Program-made: the position numbers and the translations under genes
Notes under the pieces: generated by a model
Told to the model about the DNA's origin: nothing
Database searches by the model: none
The model's input: only the letters and a program-made list of their open reading frames with translations
Shown: piece by piece, positions 29,652 through 38,282 of the stretch
Layout of the letters: the number at the start of each line of letters is the position of its first letter
Numbering within the stretch: the stretch's first letter is position 1
Origin: a virus
Taxonomy: Duplodnaviria; Caudoviricetes
Direction: 5' to 3' (one strand)
Virus record (IMG/VR): IMGVR_UViG_3300030012_002750
Coordinates: 516 to 64,515 of that record
DNA length: 64,000 nucleotides

Positions 29652-30799
29652 TGGCAAGAAATTATGTAAGAACAGTTCAAGACATGGAAAGATACTACTA
29701 CGGCGGAGCATCGCAGACAGGATATACCTACGGCTCCGGTGACATACTAAAGGCAGATGCGCCTCTACTATCATCCACAGCCGGAACATACCAAGCAATA
29801 TACGGCAGAAAAGTATGGTCGCAATTGAATCAAGAATTCAATGCATTTTCTATACTACCAAAGAAGCCGTGGGAAAGAAGTGGATGGAGAATCCTAACTG
29901 GTCGTGCTGACTTTACCAAAGGTGGAGGAATCGCGGAGAACGGAACACTACCGGACACAAGCAGACCGGAATTCCTACATGTAGCCGCAAAGCCAAAGAC
30001 CATCGCGCACACTTTTGACCTATCCGAAGTGAGCATGTTCTTGTCCGACAAGGACGATGGTTTGGGCGATGTCCGACAAGTCTTGAAAGAAGAAATGGGT
30101 AAGCATCACGCTGAACACATTAACAGAATGCTTCTTGAAGATGTTGACACACCAGTTGGAAATGACTTTGAATCTCTTGATAGATTAACTTCCGACCCCG
30201 ACAAGATGACCACAGGAACAGGCCATGTAAGCGCAACTACTGACCACGACATTTACTCCATTACTCGCGACGGAAGTGCAGATTTCCACAGCGCGGAAGT
30301 TGATGTTTCAGCAAGTTCAAGCACTAACAGAAACCTATCTTTAAACCAACTTGACGGATTGTTCCAGCAACTATGGACTCGCGGTGGTAATCCAAAGGTT
30401 ATGCTAACTGGATATGATACTCTAATGAGAGTTCAGCAGTTGCTACAATCCCAACAAAGATTCATGGACAGCAAGAGAATCACACCAACCTATAACGGTG
30501 TAAAGGGTGTTCCGGGGCTTGAGGCTGGTTTCATTGTGGCTACCTATAATGGTGTCCCAATTATCCCAACCAAAGACATGCCTCAAGATGGAGCGGGTTC
30601 AATATCCCGTATGTATTATCTTGACACAGATTACCTATGGTTCCAAACTGCTATCCCAACTCAATATTATGAATCCGGTATAGAAACTGGCGACCCATTC
30701 GCGATTAACCGTCTTGGACAAGAGGGGCTTTACAGAACTATGGGAGAACTATGGTGTTCTTTCTTTGGTGCAAGTGGTAGCATTCGTGACTTACAATGA
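29651..30799 (+). CDS. Major capsid protein (HK97 fold, halovirus/magrovirus-like)
   Basis: 382 aa immediately after the protease; YGRKVWSQLN, LPKKPW..SGWR, FESLDR, YNGVPIIP, YRTMGEL motifs. Confidence 0.9.
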   Translation: MARNYVRTVQDMERYYYGGASQTGYTYGSGDILKADAPLLSSTAGTYQAIYGRKVWSQLNQEFNAFSILPKKPWERSGWRILTGRADFTKGGGIAENGTLPDTSRPEFLHVAAKPKTIAHTFDLSEVSMFLSDKDDGLGDVRQVLKEEMGKHHAEHINRMLLEDVDTPVGNDFESLDRLTSDPDKMTTGTGHVSATTDHDIYSITRDGSADFHSAEVDVSASSSTNRNLSLNQLDGLFQQLWTRGGNPKVMLTGYDTLMRVQQLLQSQQRFMDSKRITPTYNGVKGVPGLEAGFIVATYNGVPIIPTKDMPQDGAGSISRMYYLDTDYLWFQTAIPTQYYESGIETGDPFAINRLGQEGLYRTMGELWCSFFGASGSIRDLQ

Positions 30800-30810
30800 G
30801 GTGATTAGAT

Positions 30811-31233
30811 ATGGCAAATGATACACATAGAGGAATAACAGTAACTACCAGCGGAAGTGCAACAATCAATATTGATTATGACCTTCCACTTCAAGCAGGT
30901 GTTGACCAAGATGATACTACATGGTTTGGCCCCGATTATCCGGGTGCTAACTCTTTAACAACATCTTTCGGTCCACAACAGACTGACCGAGCAAACCGAA
31001 TGCAACCGCGATTGTTGTGTTTAACACTTGGTAATCTTGCAGAAGCAGAAACCATTACTTTTAGCGGTGGCGTAAATGTCATTCTAAGCGTAATTGCACA
31101 CGGCTCCGACGCGACCGCCAATCTTGGCGTAGCCAAAACAGCCGACCTTGTGCTGACTGCTGATTGTGAAGCAACGACTGACGGAACTACCAACGACACC
31201 AGCAACGCGACCATTTGGGTTCTTGTGGCTTGA
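30811..31233 (+). CDS. Putative capsid decoration or minor structural protein
   Basis: Thr/Ala-rich beta-type 140 aa directly after the MCP; SD GAGGTGA. Confidence 0.6.
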   Translation: MANDTHRGITVTTSGSATINIDYDLPLQAGVDQDDTTWFGPDYPGANSLTTSFGPQQTDRANRMQPRLLCLTLGNLAEAETITFSGGVNVILSVIAHGSDATANLGVAKTADLVLTADCEATTDGTTNDTSNATIWVLVA

Positions 31234-31238
31234 GGTGA

Positions 31239-31610
31239 TTGCTTCTGCCAACTATAACTTACAAAGGCCCACGACGCGCTGGCGCGAATATGGGTCGTTT
31301 AGGTTGGTGGACTTGGGGTAAAGCGGTTGAAGTATCGGCTGAATGGCTTGATGCTAACCGCAAAGAAGTTGATGGGGCAGACTTTGTAATCAAAGGGCAT
31401 ACCTTTGAATCAGTTGACCTTGGAAATGACGGTATCCCCGATATGGGTTGGAAGAAAGGCGATATTATGGCTTGGTGTGATGACAACGGGGTTGAATACT
31501 CCGCGCTCTCCACCAAAGCCAAGTTGCTCGCGTTAATTGATGCGCACCTTAACCCACCCGAAGAGTCTATAACCGAAGGCGAAGAAGCAGATACAACAGG
31601 AGATGAATGA
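31239..31610 (+). CDS. Protein with HeH/LEM-like helix-extension-helix domain
   Basis: WKKGDIMAWCDDNGVEYSALSTKAKLLALI; such domains are common after the MCP in tailed viruses. Confidence 0.7.
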   Translation: MLLPTITYKGPRRAGANMGRLGWWTWGKAVEVSAEWLDANRKEVDGADFVIKGHTFESVDLGNDGIPDMGWKKGDIMAWCDDNGVEYSALSTKAKLLALIDAHLNPPEESITEGEEADTTGDE

Positions 31611-31858
31611 TTATGGCATTTACAAGTGATAACAGACCACATACATTGGGCGATTTGATAGCGATTACAGGCACAGTAGCAAACGGCGACACAGAAGTTG
31701 ACCTTAGCGATTTCATGACAGAAATACTCATGGTGCAAGTTCAACCTCTCAACAAGTTAGGCACAGCAAGTGTAGCGCAGTTTACTGGAACAGTGGTGCA
31801 ATTCACTAACATCGCAAACGCTGATGGTGGCAGACTATTCGCGCTTGGTAAGAGATAA
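31607..31858 (+). CDS. Small putative structural protein
   Basis: About 82-aa beta-rich ORF (start 31607 or 31613). Confidence 0.7.
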   Translation: MIMAFTSDNRPHTLGDLIAITGTVANGDTEVDLSDFMTEILMVQVQPLNKLGTASVAQFTGTVVQFTNIANADGGRLFALGKR

Positions 31859-31869
31859 GGTGATTCACC

Positions 31870-32043
31870 TTGTCCGATACCAAAGTGTTTGAGTTCAACC
31901 CGGAAGAAGCGTGTGAAACAGGCGCGGCTGTTGCGGGTGGAGTCCAACAGGTGCTTGATGCTTATACTTCAACCAAGACCGTTCTAAGTATAACATCATA
32001 TATCATGCAGGGCAACTTATATGTTGTAGTCGTCACCTCATGA
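31870..32043 (+). CDS. 57-aa hypothetical protein, not in the ORF track
   Basis: SD AAGGTGA, TTG start; MSDTKVFEFNPEEACETGAAVAGGVQQVLDAYTSTKTVLSITSYIMQGNLYVVVVTS. Confidence 0.65.
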   Translation: MSDTKVFEFNPEEACETGAAVAGGVQQVLDAYTSTKTVLSITSYIMQGNLYVVVVTS

Positions 32044-32054
32044 GGGTGAGCGAC

Positions 32055-32321
32055 ATGGACATGCAAGAACTCCGACGACTTGAGAAACAGGGCTGGCGCA
32101 AAGCCGAAGAGTCAATGGTCAAGACCGATGAGCGCGATAAGTTGAAAGGCGTTGTAAAGCGTCAAAACATGAAAACGCGCAATATACGAGATATTGTCAA
32201 CATTGGTTCGGGAACGCGATGCCGTTTTTGCGGTATGCTTCACTTCTGTTATCTTGAGCGTTGTGGTGCTTGTAAGAAACCCATGGACTATAATCTCGCG
32301 AAGACAGAAGAGGTGATTTAA
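32055..32321 (+). CDS. Small zinc-ribbon protein
   Basis: CRFCG...CGAC; SD GAGGGTGA before ATG 32055. Confidence 0.75.
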   Translation: MDMQELRRLEKQGWRKAEESMVKTDERDKLKGVVKRQNMKTRNIRDIVNIGSGTRCRFCGMLHFCYLERCGACKKPMDYNLAKTEEVI

Positions 32322-33925
32322 TGCCAACAGTATTTCAAACAGGGGAGCGCGAAGGAAGACCTTTATTCCCCGATAGACTATACTATACTTCTCCACAGAA
32401 GGTTGCGGACATATTACAAATCCCCTTACCCGACCCTGTTCCTATGTATCAAAACAATACAGCAACGCATGTTTTCATATCACCAAGAGATTACCGATTA
32501 GTCGGTTTTGAAGTGGGGGACACAATTGAACTTACTTCGGACAACGAATTTCCTCATGAATGTGTAATAACCTCAATAGCCGCCGCCACTTCCGGTAGCA
32601 ATAGATTTGTCGCGTTAGAAATGTCCCCCGGCTCAAGTAATACATTTGATATAGCAGACAACGCGGAAGTTCAAAGTCTTCAATCATTCACTAACGGTAA
32701 GCGTAAGGGCGTTACAAAGAAACAAGTTGAAACTCTTATTATGCGAACACAAGACAAGATAGACAACTTGACAAACAATTCTTGGCGACCCATGTTGCAG
32801 ACTGCTGAATATCTTAATTTCGATACTTACAAACCATATCGTCGCAGATACTATACAGATTATGTTGGTTCTGTTCCTTTGATGTTCCGCAATGCTCAAC
32901 AAATACTGCGACTTGAAATATGGCAGGGTGCTGACTATCGCGAGATAGCCGCGGCTGAAATACGATTGAAAGTTAATGACTTCACACAACTAACCGCTAA
33001 TACAGATAAAGTGTTTTTGTGTCCGGGTGGAGGCGGTGTTGCTACGCTGACTGTTGGTGATGGGGCTTCTAAGTTCCGCGCACAATTTGACAATGTAAGC
33101 ACAGCACAGCAATTATCCGACCTTATCAACAAAGACTTGCGTAAAGGTAAAGCCGCAACAGAATTTGTCCCATCATTCATATTAGAAGATGCGACAGAAA
33201 CAGACGGAACAATAACAGCAAATGTGCATCATGAGTTTATGGCATCCGCTAACGCAGATTATGGCGGCGGTCAAGTAAAAATTACTTCTATGCGTCGTGG
33301 TGAAGCGGGTGAAAATTCAACTTATGCTTGCACATCTTCCGGTATAACATTCTCCGGCGCGACTGATATTAACACAAAGATAACATCGTTTGATAATGCG
33401 GCCGACACGATTACTGTCGAAGACATCACAGGGTTTGTCCCATTCGGTATCATTAATGTAGGTAATGGGTTTGCGCACTATACGAGTATTACAGGAAACA
33501 CACTTAACGGTATTACCGACCTTGGGGGACCAACGCACATACATACAGCAACCAGTAATGGTGCTACTGTTACACAAAAGAAATTCAAGATTGATTATGT
33601 CGGCACGACCACAGGTGATGAAGCAAGACTCCGCGATTGGTGGGCTGACTATGATTTAGGAGTTGTGTATTTTAACAACTCATACCCCTATTTCTCATGG
33701 AACGCAGTCAAGGTATCGTATGTCTATGGTGAGCGATATGTTGAGAAAGCGATTGAAGATATATGCACCAAGTTGGTCGCGATGGATTTGATACTGTCCG
33801 ACGACCGAAGCGTGCTACTACCCGAAGGAACACAGAATGTTGACTTGGGTAGCAAGTATCAATTGTTCAAAGCGCAGGTGGCTGAAACATTACCGCGCTA
33901 TACAGAAGTGATGACGGTGTTGTGA
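32321..33925 (+). CDS. Head-tail adaptor/connector protein with large insertions
   Basis: N-terminal YYTSPQKVADIL, central VETLIMRTQDKIDNLT, C-terminal VKVSYVYG..AIEDICTKLVA typical of adaptor families; position after the MCP. Confidence 0.7.
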   Translation: MPTVFQTGEREGRPLFPDRLYYTSPQKVADILQIPLPDPVPMYQNNTATHVFISPRDYRLVGFEVGDTIELTSDNEFPHECVITSIAAATSGSNRFVALEMSPGSSNTFDIADNAEVQSLQSFTNGKRKGVTKKQVETLIMRTQDKIDNLTNNSWRPMLQTAEYLNFDTYKPYRRRYYTDYVGSVPLMFRNAQQILRLEIWQGADYREIAAAEIRLKVNDFTQLTANTDKVFLCPGGGGVATLTVGDGASKFRAQFDNVSTAQQLSDLINKDLRKGKAATEFVPSFILEDATETDGTITANVHHEFMASANADYGGGQVKITSMRRGEAGENSTYACTSSGITFSGATDINTKITSFDNAADTITVEDITGFVPFGIINVGNGFAHYTSITGNTLNGITDLGGPTHIHTATSNGATVTQKKFKIDYVGTTTGDEARLRDWWADYDLGVVYFNNSYPYFSWNAVKVSYVYGERYVEKAIEDICTKLVAMDLILSDDRSVLLPEGTQNVDLGSKYQLFKAQVAETLPRYTEVMTVL

Positions 33926-33929
33926 TAAC

Positions 33930-34202
33930 ATGAAAGATGTAATCAAGAAGGCTATCGGACAGGCTCTCACAGAACCTATCAAACAGGCGCGTGAAATGTC
34001 TATTTTCAATGATAGTGGCCGAGTCTTTCTTGATGCAACAGCGAGTCTTTACGGAGCGGCAGTCAACAGTGAAGGAGAGTTGATTGACGCAAATGGTAAA
34101 GTCATGGACGAAAAACACCCCGACTATCAAAATATTATCAACGCGGCGAAAAAACAAGCACGCGCACAATCAAGTATAGGAAGTGATTTGATTGGCTCTT
34201 GA
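33930..34202 (+). CDS. Hypothetical neck-region protein
   Basis: 90-aa ORF between the adaptor and tail genes. Confidence 0.7.
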   Translation: MKDVIKKAIGQALTEPIKQAREMSIFNDSGRVFLDATASLYGAAVNSEGELIDANGKVMDEKHPDYQNIINAAKKQARAQSSIGSDLIGS

Positions 34203-34632
34203 ATCTGTTGAACTAATTAAAAAAATTCTTAGCGATGGATGGAATCGCGGCAACACAGACCAGCGAACACCTATCATTGAAGACATTACTACGGCCGAGG
34301 CTGGGCGTGGTAAGCGGTTTTCTCTTGCTAACAAAGACGCTATATATCTTTATGAAACTGTCCACAATGAAGAACAGCCGGAAGTGTTCTATGATTTTGT
34401 CCACACGCGAATTAATATCACGGTTGATGCGCGAACAATGAGCGGGAGAAAGCATCTCATGAAGATGGAAGATGAGATTCGGCGCATCGTGCATAGTCAA
34501 AGAAAGGGTGATGGCGCGAATTTTGACCGATTACTCTATAAGATGCGGACTGACCTCTCCGACCGGACAAAGAGGTTGCATAGAATGACCTTCCAAGTGG
34601 AAATAGTTATCTTTAGTGAACTCATCGCGTGA
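34192..34632 (+). CDS. Putative tail terminator/completion protein
   Basis: 146 aa directly before the tail tube; alpha/beta pattern (RINITVDART..EDEIRRIV..RMTFQVEIV). Confidence 0.6.
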   Translation: MALESVELIKKILSDGWNRGNTDQRTPIIEDITTAEAGRGKRFSLANKDAIYLYETVHNEEQPEVFYDFVHTRINITVDARTMSGRKHLMKMEDEIRRIVHSQRKGDGANFDRLLYKMRTDLSDRTKRLHRMTFQVEIVIFSELIA

Positions 34633-34651
34633 AGTAAGGCGGACTGATAAT

Positions 34652-36568
34652 ATGGCATCAACAGTGTATAAAGGCGACATATCCGAAGTGACTTTCGGTA
34701 AAGAATGTGGGTTGGCATTAAAGCATGGTGGTTTCGGCGCACTTCAATTTGAAACTGATGCGACTGGAACAGTTATTACATTCAGCGGCGCGAATCAAGG
34801 TTTCTTTGACGGCTCATCTAATTTGAAATACCCTGTTGGTATGCTTGTTGGTTCACAACTTCGCGTTAATGGTGCTGGTAATTTTACTGATGACGACAAC
34901 GCTACGAAAGGCCATGTCTATACCATTGTTGCAAACAGCGGTGACAAAATTACCGTATCACCTGCTATGAAAGAATTAAGCACAACTTCAACTACTGGTG
35001 ATGAATTACTCATTGATACCATAGGAACACCAACAATTGATGTAGGAATGACTTTCAATGCTCAAGCCGCTTCTTCCGATGAGTCGGTTCTTACTGACCA
35101 ATTTATCGGTCTTGCGGCAACCGTCGCGCTACCGGAAACAAAAGTGGAAATTAGACGCTCTCACATTGTCGGTGTTGGTCGTGATGTTGTTATTCAAGAA
35201 CCACAGCGATTTTCTAACGAGGGTGGCTCTCTTGAAACAATGATGAACAGCGCGCGTTGGTTGTATTATTCACTTGGGCGCGAAGTAATTGATGTGCCTT
35301 CCACTACAATGACTGGCGACCCAACAGTAGGCGGCAAGGTGGACATCGCGGCTGGTGATACTTTTATTGCTTATACAGGTGCAATTTCTAACCTCGCCGT
35401 AGGTGAGTATATCATCGTTGTTGATAGCACAGCAACAGACTTCCCAAAGGACACACCTGCCGCCGCATCAAAAGAATGGGGTGCTGACGGACTTGGTATA
35501 GATATGGAGAATACCGAGCGAAATGAAATCCGTCAAGTGTTATACATAGACCCTAATTTGAGAAGAATACATGTTGATGAGCCATTTTACTTCAATCATG
35601 ATAGCGGCACTTATACTTTCAAGAGGGTCAAATACATGCCCGGTTCTGCCGACGGTTCACCAAATTTTGACACAACTGCCGCCTCTTTCGGAACAATCAC
35701 TAACCGCCAATCACGACTTTTATTCTCCGGTGCCACTCTCCCATCTTTTGCAATAGAATCCAGTATTCGCACACACAACACAGGCTCATTTAATGCAAGC
35801 GGTGAAGGTCTTGCGGAACCGGGTTCGGTGAATGATAGCAAGCAACTTACGCGCGTTTGGAAAGGTTGTAAGGTTAAAGACTTCTCTCTCGCGGCAGACG
35901 CAGATGCAGAAGTAAAACTATCAGTCAACTTCGATGCGCTTTATTGCTACACCGACACAGGCCGTCTTGAAGACACCAACAAAGGTGATAGATATACAGC
36001 ACACAGAATGTTTGAGAATACTGCTAACAGCACAGTAAATAGAAAGAAAGCAGGTATCGCGCCTAATACAGAAAAACCATTTTTCTTTTACAACGGGCAG
36101 ATTAGTTCATTTGGAATTAATATTGCACAAGTGACAAACTTTGCTCTAAGCGGCAACAACAACGCCGAAGCAATTTATACTATTCGCGGCAACAGTCAAA
36201 CAGAATCACGCAATAACGCTGGTAGTTCTCTTGAGCAAATACCATTTGGTGGGTCAAGAAATGCTAACATTATGATTGAAAAAGCAATGGAGTATGAATT
36301 ATCTATGACCGTCATTGCTTCCGACCCTCTCATTTGGCATGAATTTAGAACTAACAGAACTCATAATTTTACTGAACCTATTACACTAACTTTGACAAAG
36401 GCTGGCGCAGGGGCTAACCGCGAAGAAGTTATCATAGTCATTGATGATTACATCATTGATTCAGCACCACTACCGATACCGGAAGACAAGGGTGTTATTA
36501 AGTCCGAGTTGACTATAAAACCAAAGCATGTGAGGGTAATATCTCATGATGCTTTCCTACACATGTGA
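34652..36568 (+). CDS. Major tail (tube) protein with inserted domains
   Basis: YKGDISEVTFGKE at the N-terminus, TRVWKGCKVKDFSL, PFFFYNG, FALSGNNN; precedes chaperone and tape measure. Confidence 0.78.
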   Translation: MASTVYKGDISEVTFGKECGLALKHGGFGALQFETDATGTVITFSGANQGFFDGSSNLKYPVGMLVGSQLRVNGAGNFTDDDNATKGHVYTIVANSGDKITVSPAMKELSTTSTTGDELLIDTIGTPTIDVGMTFNAQAASSDESVLTDQFIGLAATVALPETKVEIRRSHIVGVGRDVVIQEPQRFSNEGGSLETMMNSARWLYYSLGREVIDVPSTTMTGDPTVGGKVDIAAGDTFIAYTGAISNLAVGEYIIVVDSTATDFPKDTPAAASKEWGADGLGIDMENTERNEIRQVLYIDPNLRRIHVDEPFYFNHDSGTYTFKRVKYMPGSADGSPNFDTTAASFGTITNRQSRLLFSGATLPSFAIESSIRTHNTGSFNASGEGLAEPGSVNDSKQLTRVWKGCKVKDFSLAADADAEVKLSVNFDALYCYTDTGRLEDTNKGDRYTAHRMFENTANSTVNRKKAGIAPNTEKPFFFYNGQISSFGINIAQVTNFALSGNNNAEAIYTIRGNSQTESRNNAGSSLEQIPFGGSRNANIMIEKAMEYELSMTVIASDPLIWHEFRTNRTHNFTEPITLTLTKAGAGANREEVIIVIDDYIIDSAPLPIPEDKGVIKSELTIKPKHVRVISHDAFLHM

Positions 36569-36578
36569 GGTGAACGAA

Positions 36579-36746
36579 ATGGATGCAATAAATCACGCGT
36601 GGACAATGTTAAAAGATTACCGCGGTGAAGAATATCAAAGTTTTTGTCAACGATGTCATGCACCAATAGACAGTAAATCATTACCTATGCTCGCAAAAAT
36701 AAGAGGGCTTTGTCTTGATTGTTATGGTGAAGAGCGAGGATATTGA
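36579..36746 (+). CDS. 55-aa zinc-finger microprotein with N-terminal AWxxLK tag
   Basis: SD GAGGTGA; MDAINHAWTMLK then CQRC...CLDC. Confidence 0.7.
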   Translation: MDAINHAWTMLKDYRGEEYQSFCQRCHAPIDSKSLPMLAKIRGLCLDCYGEERGY

Positions 36747-36756
36747 GGTGAATGAA

Positions 36757-37110
36757 ATGAATCCTATGGATAACGCATGGCTTTTATTAAAACAGAAATC
36801 GTATAGGCCAAAAGCGCATTTGCGACAGGCCGGGGCAGATTTAAGCGATAGACATAAGAAAGAAAGGGACCGATTATATATGCAACAATTTGCTGATGGT
36901 TTTGGACCTCAAGCACCTACGGAAGAAGAACAAGCCCAACAGAAGAATAATTTACGCGAAAGGCAAAAAATAGAACAAAGTGTTTTATCATCTCAAAGAT
37001 ACCCATACGGCTCTATGAGATATAGAGATGGGCCTTCGCCATTAGAACAAAGACGCTTACAAAGAGGGGAAGACGATTTAAAGCAAATGCAAATGCAACG
37101 CTATGAATGA
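36757..37110 (+). CDS. Hypothetical protein with N-terminal AWxxLK tag
   Basis: SD GAGGTGA; MNPMDNAWLLLK then a Gln/Arg-rich helical body. Confidence 0.75.
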   Translation: MNPMDNAWLLLKQKSYRPKAHLRQAGADLSDRHKKERDRLYMQQFADGFGPQAPTEEEQAQQKNNLRERQKIEQSVLSSQRYPYGSMRYRDGPSPLEQRRLQRGEDDLKQMQMQRYE

Positions 37111-37128
37111 AGCAAGGACTGTGATAAA

Positions 37129-37272
37129 ATGAACAATGTATTTAGAGAAAGTTGGGGAACGCTATTGAAAGAAAGTATGTGCAAAGGTAAAGATTGCAAA
37201 GGTTGTCGCGGTTGTAAGACCTGTCCTAAGTGCGAACCGAAAGGCTCAACTTGTGAAAAGGCCGGGTGTTAA
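37129..37272 (+). CDS. 47-aa metallothionein-like microprotein (8 Cys) with N-terminal WxxLLK tag, not in the ORF track
   Basis: MNNVFRESWGTLLKESMCKGKDCKGCRGCKTCPKCEPKGSTCEKAGC. Confidence 0.7.
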   Translation: MNNVFRESWGTLLKESMCKGKDCKGCRGCKTCPKCEPKGSTCEKAGC

Positions 37273-37275
37273 TTA

Positions 37276-37704
37276 ATGAAGCGCGATATGCACATTGGTG
37301 GTGAGCGACCACTTCACATTCGTGCTGTTGAGAAAGATACTTTCCTTGTTGAAGATGTATTTAACCCCGAAGCCGCGAAGACCGACGGCAACCCATTCCC
37401 CGAAGAACTGCAAGAAGAAGCAGTTGAAACGACCCCGCTTGAAGAAGAGGGTCCAACCGATTACGAGTCCATGACAGTTGAAGAATTAAAAGCACTTTTA
37501 CGAGCGCGCAGTCTTGATGTCAAGGGTAAAAAGGCGGAACTCATTACCCGCCTTACCGAAGCCGATACCCCCTCCGATGAGGCAGTTGAAGTGGAGGCTG
37601 TCGCTCCCTCCGTTGAGGCCGCGACCAGTAGTGAGGGAGTAAGTGATAACAATGCCGAAGATAGCAGACCCGATGAGCCTCTTGGTGAACAGCCAAGCGG
37701 TTGA
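37276..37704 (+). CDS. Acidic protein with SAP domain
   Basis: YESMTVEELKALLRARSLDVKGKKAELITRL fits the SAP consensus. Confidence 0.8.
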   Translation: MKRDMHIGGERPLHIRAVEKDTFLVEDVFNPEAAKTDGNPFPEELQEEAVETTPLEEEGPTDYESMTVEELKALLRARSLDVKGKKAELITRLTEADTPSDEAVEVEAVAPSVEAATSSEGVSDNNAEDSRPDEPLGEQPSG

Positions 37705-38014
37705 GCATGAAGTAAGAGCAGATGAAGAAGACCCCAATGTGGTCGTAAAAGTATGGGTGAAGGAATTGTCCTTCATGCAGTTGCAAGATGCAATCAAAAC
37801 TTTTGTGGCTATTAATGCGGCAGGTTCAGTTGATATTGACCTCGCGCAGTATTGGAAATACATGTTTGCCGAAGCAATTGAAAAGACCGAACCTCGGCTA
37901 TCTATCCCGCAGATGTTGTCGCTAAGACCTTACATCGCTAATCAAATAACTGCGTTGCTACCGCAACCACAGGACTTGATGAGCGGCCCTTTAGCGGGTG
38001 GGGCGACAGAATAG
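37652..38014 (+). CDS. Tail assembly chaperone (lambda gpG equivalent)
   Basis: 120 aa between tail tube and tape measure, with a slippery heptamer near its 3' end. Confidence 0.75.
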   Translation: MPKIADPMSLLVNSQAVEHEVRADEEDPNVVVKVWVKELSFMQLQDAIKTFVAINAAGSVDIDLAQYWKYMFAEAIEKTEPRLSIPQMLSLRPYIANQITALLPQPQDLMSGPLAGGATE

Positions 38015-38053
38015 AGGAAGCATACAGTTTTCTCAAAAAACCGTCGCCCGACC
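37987..38053 (+). promoter_or_regulatory. Programmed -1 ribosomal frameshift signal
   Basis: In-phase X XXY YYZ heptamer C CCT TTA (37987-37993); 7 nt later GGGCGAC (38001-38007) pairs with GTCGCCC (38043-38049). Confidence 0.8.
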
Positions 38054-38280
38054 TTGAACACGGTTTCAACGCGGCGGCTTATTTTGTCGCTAAACATTAC
38101 GGAATCAGTATTCAAGAGGTATGGGATATGAGCATAGAAGCATTTGAGCAGTCTTTCATTTGGGCTAACGCCGCTGAAAGAATGAAAGCAGAACAAATGG
38201 AAGAGGCGACGAAAGGAACAAAGAGTAAGAGTCGCGTAGGCTCAACACACGGACCAATGCCGTTTAGCGAAGGGTGGTGA
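37987..38280 (+). CDS. -1 frame extension of the tail chaperone (gpGT equivalent)
   Basis: Open -1 frame from the slippery site to TGA 38280 (...AYFVAKHYGISIQEVWDMSIEAFEQSFIWA...), ending 2 nt before the tape measure ATG. Confidence 0.78.
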   Translation, partial: PFSGWGDRIEEAYSFLKKPSPDLEHGFNAAAYFVAKHYGISIQEVWDMSIEAFEQSFIWANAAERMKAEQMEEATKGTKSKSRVGSTHGPMPFSEGW

Positions 38281-38282
38281 AC

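Noticed and set aside
34652-36568. Tail sheath (myovirus) because of the 638-aa length
   Set aside because: No separate tube gene follows, the motifs fit a tube with insertions, and no baseplate wedge genes were recognised.
38257-38280. CCGTTTAGCGAAGGGTGG resembling the slippery-site context CCCTTTAGCGGGTGG
   Set aside because: It is not an XXXYYYZ heptamer; a short similarity that is probably coincidental or related to the tape measure SD.
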